64,000 bases of DNA from Actinomycetes bacterium (GTDB lineage: Bacteria; Actinomycetota; Actinomycetes; S36-B12; UBA5976), in NCBI GenBank assembly GCA_014190035.1, contig BJFU01000002.1, positions 3,190 through 67,189 on the forward strand. Direction: 5' to 3'. Shown piece by piece: positions 58,653 to 64,000 of the stretch. A model generated the notes under the pieces. The model was not told where the DNA came from and did no database searches. It saw only the letters and a list, made by a program, of their open reading frames with translations. A program made the position numbers and the translations under genes. Positions within the stretch are counted from its first letter, which is position 1. Every line of letters begins with the position of its first letter.

Positions 58653-60116
58653 TTGAATATGACATTTTTATCCTCGGTTGTTAAAGACCGAACCGATCTT
58701 GAAGACGAAGACCTAGACCATTTGCAAGCTCTTCTTGCTGACTGGACTTTGTTGGCAGATTTAAGTCTGAGTGATCTTGTGCTGTGGATTCCCACTTGGC
58801 ATGGCAAAGGTTTTTTTGCGGCAGCTCAAATTAGACCAGCTACTTCTCACACGAATGTTCCTGAGGATTTAGTGGGGGAATTCATTGCTCCAGGTAGAAG
58901 AGTTGACCTTGATAAAGCTTTAAGTACGAGAAGAAAAGTAGTTGATCCCACTGATTCTGGATTAAGAGTAGATGCAATTCCTGTTGTCCTAAACGAAAAA
59001 GTCATTGCAGTTATTTCTCGACATACAAATGCTGATGGACGAGGTGGAAGATTAGAACAAGTTTATTTAGCAGCCGCAGAAGATTTAATGGAAATGGTTG
59101 CAGCAGGAAGTTTCCCTTCAACTGGTGAGGTAAGTAAAGCAAGTCAAGCTCCACGAGTTGGAGACGGTTTAATTCGTTTAAGTAAACAAGGCGAAGTTGA
59201 ATACGTAAGTCCAAATGCTGCATCAGCATTTAGAAGATTAGGTTTGGCAGCTGATTTAATTAATCAGGATTTAGCAAAAATAGTTGCAAAACTTCAAAAA
59301 ACACCTGGCCCTGTTGATGAAGCAATCATGTTAGTTGCAGCAGGCAGAGCAAGTGGGGAAGTTGAATTAGATAACTCAACTTCAGTTGTCACACTACGTG
59401 GAGTTCCATTACTAAGAAATGATGAAAGAATTGGCGCTCTAGTTTTGGTTAGAGATGTAGCAGATTTAAGAAGAAAAGAAAAAGCATTATTGACCAAAGA
59501 TGCAACAATTCGCGAAGTTCATCATCGAGTAAAAAATAATTTACAGACTGTAGCAGCACTTCTACGATTACAAGCAAGAAGAGCAAAAAGTGATGAAACC
59601 AGAGATTCTTTAGCTGAAGCACAAAGAAGAGTAAGCGCTATTGCAGTAGTTCATGAAGCGTTATCTAGATCTCCTGGTGAAGTTATTCCTTTTGATGAAG
59701 TAATTAATCAAGTGATTGCTCTTGTGACTGACGCATCATCAACTATTGAAAATGAAAAACCAATAAGTATTGAACGACAAGGTGAATTTGGAGAGTTGCC
59801 AGCAGAAATTGCAACACCAATTGCTATGGCAGTGGTAGAAATTCTACAAAACGCTATTGAACATGGTCGCCCTACCGTTGAACCTGTTCAAATTAATGCC
59901 ACAAAAAGTGGTGGGCAAATCCGCATCACCATTACAGATGGTGGGCCTGGCATTAAAAAAGGAAAAGATGCTTTTGCAACAGATCAATTGGGCTTACAAA
60001 TTGTGAGAACTTTAATTGTTGATGAACTCGGTGGTGGTTTAACTATTTCTGCTAATTCACCAACTGGGGTGAAGGCAGAAATAGTTGCCCCGATAGCTTT
60101 AAGGAAAAGTAACTAA
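58653..60116 (+). CDS. pdtaS: Cytoplasmic sensor histidine kinase, PdtaS-like (HisKA_2 type)
   Basis: 487 aa with no TM helix. H-box EVHHRVKNNLQTVAALLRLQ and a C-terminal HATPase. Adjacent to whiB1, as I recall for M. tuberculosis Rv3220c/Rv3219. Confidence 0.8.
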   Translation: MNMTFLSSVVKDRTDLEDEDLDHLQALLADWTLLADLSLSDLVLWIPTWHGKGFFAAAQIRPATSHTNVPEDLVGEFIAPGRRVDLDKALSTRRKVVDPTDSGLRVDAIPVVLNEKVIAVISRHTNADGRGGRLEQVYLAAAEDLMEMVAAGSFPSTGEVSKASQAPRVGDGLIRLSKQGEVEYVSPNAASAFRRLGLAADLINQDLAKIVAKLQKTPGPVDEAIMLVAAGRASGEVELDNSTSVVTLRGVPLLRNDERIGALVLVRDVADLRRKEKALLTKDATIREVHHRVKNNLQTVAALLRLQARRAKSDETRDSLAEAQRRVSAIAVVHEALSRSPGEVIPFDEVINQVIALVTDASSTIENEKPISIERQGEFGELPAEIATPIAMAVVEILQNAIEHGRPTVEPVQINATKSGGQIRITITDGGPGIKKGKDAFATDQLGLQIVRTLIVDELGGGLTISANSPTGVKAEIVAPIALRKSN

Positions 60117-60127
60117 ACGTTTAAGGT

Positions 60128-60379
60128 TTAGTAGAAATTGATTGAAGCTGCTGGGGCAGTGTGTCCCAAAGCGCGACGTTCGTCTTCGCTTAGTCCACCC
60201 CAAACGCCTGAATCTTGACCTGTCTCCAGAGCCCATTGCAAGCATGGTTCAACCACGGTGCAGGTTTTGCAGACCTTTTTGGCTGCTTCTATCTGAAAAA
60301 CGGCAGGTCCAGTGTTACCTATAGGGAAAAATAACTCAGGATCTTCATCGCGACAAGCTGATTTATGGCGCCAGTCCAT
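60128..60379 (-). CDS. whiB1: WhiB-family Fe-S transcription factor, WhiB1-like
   Basis: MDWRHKSAC...CKTCTVVEPC four-Cys pattern and GVWGG turn. GGAGG lies 8 nt before the ATG at 60379. Confidence 0.88.
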   Translation of the reverse strand: MDWRHKSACRDEDPELFFPIGNTGPAVFQIEAAKKVCKTCTVVEPCLQWALETGQDSGVWGGLSEDERRALGHTAPAASINFY

Positions 60380-60423
60380 GCTCAATACCTCCAATTAGTT
60401 TCCCCACTACAAGGGTGACACGT

Positions 60424-60439
60424 TGTGACGCTTTGCACA
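60424..60439. promoter_or_regulatory. CRP/FNR-type site upstream of whiB1 (proximal)
   Basis: TGTGA-CGCTTT-GCACA, one mismatch to TGTGA-N6-TCACA. Confidence 0.45.
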
Positions 60440-60471
60440 ACCGTAAATTGTAAAAAGTTTAATAAAAGTGA

Positions 60472-60487
60472 TGTCACTTTGGTCACA
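60472..60487. promoter_or_regulatory. CRP/FNR-type site upstream of whiB1 (distal)
   Basis: TGTCA-CTTTGG-TCACA, one mismatch to TGTGA-N6-TCACA. Confidence 0.45.
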
Positions 60488-60515
60488 TTTTCCACAATTC
60501 GGGCATTTACTCTTA

Positions 60516-60543
60516 TTGCAAAGAATTTGCAATAGCGTATAGT
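60516..60543 (+). promoter_or_regulatory. Nur-box-like operator overlapping the cbiM-operon promoter
   Basis: TTGCAA-AGAAT-TTGCAA (60516-60532), a perfect match to the TTGCAA-N5-TTGCAA repeat I recall for the Streptomyces Nur box. The first half-site doubles as a -35. TATAGT -10 lies at 60538-60543, 16 nt downstream. Confidence 0.5.
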
Positions 60544-60570
60544 CTTCAATAATCACCCATAAGGAGCCTT

Positions 60571-61251
60571 GTGAAATTGCCGCAAATGCACATTCCGGAT
60601 GGATTTATTAACGCCCAAATTTCGGTTCTAGCTCTGGTTATTTCGGCGGTTTTCGTTTATGTGGCACTGCAAGGAGCAAAACGACAACTTGATGAAAAAG
60701 TCGCTCCGTTGGCAGGTCTTTCTGCGGTATTTATTTTTGCAATGCAAATGATTAATTTTCCTGTTGCAGCCGGAACCAGTGGACATTTAATTGGTGGCGC
60801 GTTGGCTGCCATTTTGATTGGTCCTTGGGCAGGCGTGCTCGCAGTTACCGTTGTTTTGATCGTCCAAGCACTTGTTTTTGCTGACGGAGGACTGACTGCC
60901 ATTGGGCTAAATGTTTTGAATATGTCGGTGATGGCAACTTTAATGGCTTGGATAATTTTTCGATTATTGCAAAGAATGTTTCCTAAGAATCGAATTGGTT
61001 TTCTCAGCGCCACAGCAATTGCTGCCTACCTCAGCGTTCCCTTAAGCGCAATTGGTTTCACTATTGAATTTGCATTGGGAGGCACCGCAGCGATAGAGCT
61101 AAGTACAGTTTTAGGTGCCATGGTGGGAGTTCACGCGGTAATCGGTTTGGGTGAAGCCATTATTACTGTATTGACAATTTCTGCTGTTCTTTCAGTTCGT
61201 AAAGATCTTGTGTTCGGGGCAACTAACTCAAAAATTTCGCTAGGTAAATAA
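60571..61251 (+). CDS. cbiM: ECF transporter substrate-capture component CbiM/NikM
   Basis: 226 aa, MHIPDGF signature near the N-terminus. Start is the GTG at 60571 (AAGGAG 4 nt upstream) or the ATG at 60586. Confidence 0.9.
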   Translation: MKLPQMHIPDGFINAQISVLALVISAVFVYVALQGAKRQLDEKVAPLAGLSAVFIFAMQMINFPVAAGTSGHLIGGALAAILIGPWAGVLAVTVVLIVQALVFADGGLTAIGLNVLNMSVMATLMAWIIFRLLQRMFPKNRIGFLSATAIAAYLSVPLSAIGFTIEFALGGTAAIELSTVLGAMVGVHAVIGLGEAIITVLTISAVLSVRKDLVFGATNSKISLGK

Positions 61252-61259
61252 GGAAACAT

Positions 61260-61565
61260 ATGGAGACCAAAAAAATAGTTTCAATTGGATTTGTAGCTTC
61301 TCTATTCGTGGCAGCATTCATAAGTTTTTACGCAAGTTCACACCCAGATGGGCTTGAATTTGTTGCTGAACAAATTGGGTTCTTAAATACCGCTAAAGAC
61401 AGTGCAGTGGCAACATCGCCTTTGGCAAATTACTCATTTGCTGGAATAGAGAATGAAAGACTTTCGATAGCTGTGGCAGGACTAGTTGGTGTGGGCCTGA
61501 CTGCACTATTTGGATTTGGACTATTTTCTATGGTCAAGAAAAAAGACTCGAGTCCTAGAAAATAA
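61260..61565 (+). CDS. PDGLE-domain membrane protein (CbiN-like auxiliary component)
   Basis: 101 aa, two TM helices flanking the literal motif HPDGLEF. Confidence 0.8.
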   Translation: METKKIVSIGFVASLFVAAFISFYASSHPDGLEFVAEQIGFLNTAKDSAVATSPLANYSFAGIENERLSIAVAGLVGVGLTALFGFGLFSMVKKKDSSPRK

Positions 61566-62342
61566 GTGAAAGACTCACAACACCATTTAATTGATGGAAG
61601 TCACCAACACAATTTAACTAAATTTTATACAATTCCTGCGCATATAAAAATAGCTTCAGTGTTTATATTTGTATTGCTTGTGGTTCTAACTCCTGGTAAA
61701 AACTTTCAAGCACATTTAAGTTTTGCAGTAATTGTTTTAGCTATGTTGATTTGGAACAGAATCCCACTTTCGCTTATCAGAAAAAGATTAATAATAGAAA
61801 TTCCCTTCGTATTATTTGCCTTTTTTCTACCCATTCTCGGAACAGGACCTCGAATTGATTTTTTTGGATTAAAATTGTCGGAAGCTGGTTTGTGGGCTGG
61901 TTGGAATATTTTGGTTAAGGCCACGATTGGGGTAATGATGTCCTTATTGCTTTCAACTACAACACCACAACGTGAGTTGTTGGTTGGGTTAGAGAAACTT
62001 AAATTTCCAAAACTATTAGTTCAAATTATGTCTTTCATGATTAGGTACACAGTGGTGGTGACCGAAGAAGTAAAAAGAATGGCGATTGCTCGAGAATCAA
62101 GGTGCTTTGAAGCAAAAGGGCCCAAGCAATGGGCAGTATTAGCCAGATCTGGTGGAGCTCTTTTTATTCGTTCTTATGAAAGAGGAGAAAGAGTGCATAT
62201 GGCAATGTTGTCGAGGGGATACACAGGTCAATTACCTCTCACATCGATTCAAATTTCAAGTAGACAAGACTTTATAAATGGAACATTATTACCTTTAGCT
62301 GCCCTCGTGGTTATTTTGTTTTGGAGCGTGTTTCTTAAATGA
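61566..62342 (+). CDS. cbiQ: ECF transporter T component CbiQ
   Basis: 258 aa membrane protein, GTG start abutting the previous stop. Conserved ARESR-type cytoplasmic loop (IARESRCFE). Confidence 0.88.
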   Translation: MKDSQHHLIDGSHQHNLTKFYTIPAHIKIASVFIFVLLVVLTPGKNFQAHLSFAVIVLAMLIWNRIPLSLIRKRLIIEIPFVLFAFFLPILGTGPRIDFFGLKLSEAGLWAGWNILVKATIGVMMSLLLSTTTPQRELLVGLEKLKFPKLLVQIMSFMIRYTVVVTEEVKRMAIARESRCFEAKGPKQWAVLARSGGALFIRSYERGERVHMAMLSRGYTGQLPLTSIQISSRQDFINGTLLPLAALVVILFWSVFLK

Positions 62343-63088
62343 CAAATGCATTAGAGATAAGTAATTTATCTTTTTCTTATCCTGACGGAAGACAAGCTCT
62401 AAATAGAGTAAATCTAAAAATAGATAAAGGTGAAAGAGTTGCACTTCTTGGGCCAAATGGAGCAGGTAAAACTACTTTAGTAATGCACTTAAACGGAATT
62501 TTACTTTCTGACGATGGCGAAGTTAAGGTTGCAGGAATTAACGTTGAGAAAAATAGTTTATTTGAAGTGAGAAAAAGAGTCGGTCTTGTTTTTCAAGATC
62601 CAGATGATCAATTATTTATGACAACAGTTAGAGATGATGTTGCCTTTGGTCCGGCCAATATTGGCATGACAGGAATTGAATTGGAAGAGCGAGTTAATTT
62701 TGCCCTTGATCAAGTAAAAATGAGAGAGTTTGCAGACAGACCGCCCCATCATTTATCGTTTGGACAGCGAAGACGAGTCGCAGTTGCCACAGTTCTGGCC
62801 ATGAAACCAGATATTTTGGTTCTAGATGAACCAAGTAGCAATCTAGATCCAGCTAGTAGAAGAGAACTAGCAGAGATTTTGTTAAATCTTGACGTCACAA
62901 TTTTTATGGTTACTCATGATTTACCCTATGCCTTAGAGATATGTCCTCGAGCAGCTATCTTGAATGATGGGAAAATTGTTGCCGACAGCTTCACTCGTGA
63001 ATTATTAGGGGATGAAGAGTTAATGAAAAGTAATCGTCTGGAATTACCTTTTGGAATGCACTTAGACCACATTCCTCACCATAGATAG
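62339..63088 (+). CDS. cbiO: ECF transporter ATPase CbiO
   Basis: 249 aa. Walker A GPNGAGKTT, signature LSFGQRRR, Walker B ILVLDEP. ATGA overlap with cbiQ. Confidence 0.93.
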   Translation: MTNALEISNLSFSYPDGRQALNRVNLKIDKGERVALLGPNGAGKTTLVMHLNGILLSDDGEVKVAGINVEKNSLFEVRKRVGLVFQDPDDQLFMTTVRDDVAFGPANIGMTGIELEERVNFALDQVKMREFADRPPHHLSFGQRRRVAVATVLAMKPDILVLDEPSSNLDPASRRELAEILLNLDVTIFMVTHDLPYALEICPRAAILNDGKIVADSFTRELLGDEELMKSNRLELPFGMHLDHIPHHR

Positions 63089-63094
63089 ATTTTT

Positions 63095-63481
63095 ATGAAG
63101 TGGTGGTTAGGCAATTCGATTTCAATTTGTTATTACATCAGTTTGTTTCAAGGATTATCTCTTTCGGTTTATACATCAGTTGCTTTTGTTGGAGCCATGT
63201 TGACTGGGGACATTGAAAGAATTGACACTTTTATAGTTGAAAATTTGCTGTACCTATTGCTCATTATCTTAATATTTTTTATCGCAATAAATTTTAAAAA
63301 GCTCAAAAGAGCATCATTTACTCCATTTCTATTGATTCAGATGTTTTCATTAATAATTGCTGGGCCTTTGTTGCAAAGTAATAAATTAATTACACTAGGC
63401 TTAGGTTTGTTAATTGGAGTAAGCGGCTTGTTAGGAATTATTTTAGGCTTACTGCCTCAAAATCGTAATAAATTTATGTGA
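63095..63481 (+). CDS. Hypothetical 4-TM membrane protein, last gene of the cbi/nik operon
   Basis: 128 aa, very hydrophobic, starts 6 nt after the cbiO stop, followed by the operon terminator. Confidence 0.55.
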   Translation: MKWWLGNSISICYYISLFQGLSLSVYTSVAFVGAMLTGDIERIDTFIVENLLYLLLIILIFFIAINFKKLKRASFTPFLLIQMFSLIIAGPLLQSNKLITLGLGLLIGVSGLLGIILGLLPQNRNKFM

Positions 63482-63488
63482 TTTAAAA

Positions 63489-63516
63489 GAAAGCCCCGGG
63501 TATCCCCGGGGCTTTC
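63489..63516. terminator. Hairpin terminator between the cbi/nik operon and sodN
   Basis: GAAAGCCCCGGG-TAT-CCCCGGGGCTTTC. Confidence 0.75.
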
Positions 63517-63538
63517 TGACGTTCTAGAGAAATTTAAC

Positions 63539-63934
63539 TTACGCTTTTTTAGTTTCCCAAAAAATTGTGTCAATTTCTTTAATCTTGCCTAACAAATTAT
63601 CTGCTACGGCAACATCATTTGTGCCTTTAGTTCCGGCAGCACCTGCAAGTTTTGTAGCTTCATTAAATAGAACATGAAGTTGTGGATACTTTTCAAAATG
63701 TGCTGGTTTGAAATAGTCTGTCCACAAAACCCATAGATGCTCTTTGACCATGTTTGATCTTTGTTCTTTGATTGCTACGGCGCGACTTTTGAAGTCAGCA
63801 TCTTTTGAATCGTTGTATTTAACCATGCATGCTTTAACAGACTCAGCTTCAATTTTTGCTTGGGCTGGGTCATAAACACCACAAGGTAAATCGCAGTGAG
63901 CAAAGACGGTTGTCTTAGGTGACCATAAACTCAT
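63539..63934 (-). CDS. sodN: Nickel superoxide dismutase precursor
   Basis: 131 aa. A 12-aa propeptide followed by the Ni-hook HCDLPCGVYDP. Strong resemblance to Streptomyces SodN. Confidence 0.95.
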   Translation of the reverse strand: MSLWSPKTTVFAHCDLPCGVYDPAQAKIEAESVKACMVKYNDSKDADFKSRAVAIKEQRSNMVKEHLWVLWTDYFKPAHFEKYPQLHVLFNEATKLAGAAGTKGTNDVAVADNLLGKIKEIDTIFWETKKA

Positions 63935-64000
63935 TGTTTACTCCTTCGGATTGTTATTCCTGAGATTACCTTGAAAGTAACTCTTTAGCACAATGAGATG

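Noticed and set aside
60395-60570. Cobalamin riboswitch upstream of cbiM
   Set aside because: I saw no B12-box-like GCCACTG or the extended conserved core, and the leader downstream of the predicted promoter is only about 20-30 nt. A covariance-model scan would be needed to exclude it formally.

Overview
AT-rich (about 40% GC by eye) actinobacterial chromosome segment, tightly packed and with no mobile elements, CRISPR arrays or long repeats that I could see. Actinobacterial origin is supported by WhiB1, mycoredoxin, AdnAB, UvrD2, PdtaS, Ni-SOD and the beta-prime lineage insertion. A genome-streamlined acI/Nanopelagicales-like organism is only an inference from composition and compaction.

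Layout:
- 1-28.6 kb: the translation/transcription core. It runs rplJ-rplL, a DoxX plus metallophosphoesterase insertion, rpoB-rpoC, ndh plus a lipoprotein on the minus strand, rpsL-rpsG-fusA-tuf, then the S10/spc cluster through secY-adk.
- 28.6-36.5 kb: the ribosomal cluster breaks after adk. A strand-alternating, almost gap-free block follows: SOUL-like protein plus an inverted map, membrane proteins, an AlkA-like glycosylase, and a three-gene minus-strand operon. That operon encodes a 787-aa flippase-like membrane protein with a central kinase-like domain, a LuxR-type response regulator and an atypical multi-TM histidine kinase.
- 36.5-52.6 kb: a compressed version of the neighbourhood I recall as M. 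tuberculosis Rv3193c-Rv3202c. It holds adnA-adnB-mycoredoxin-uvrD2, an orphan RRE/E1-like protein, a DUF5679 zinc-ribbon gene, DUF45 and DUF2342 proteins, a PDZ/Lon-like protease and a UPF0182 protein. The DUF5679 gene sits behind the largest non-coding gap of the window, which carries a GC-rich leader with alternative pairings.
- 52.6-64 kb: initiator tRNA-fMet, a probably leaderless P450, hisN-like-rsgA-aroA, an SRAP protein, a hydrolase, pdtaS and whiB1 (two CRP-like sites upstream). Last comes a likely nickel module: a Nur-box-like operator over the promoter of a CbiM/PDGLE/CbiQ/CbiO ECF transporter, next to the Ni-superoxide dismutase gene sodN.

All family calls come from motif recognition in the supplied translations. 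No database search was run.
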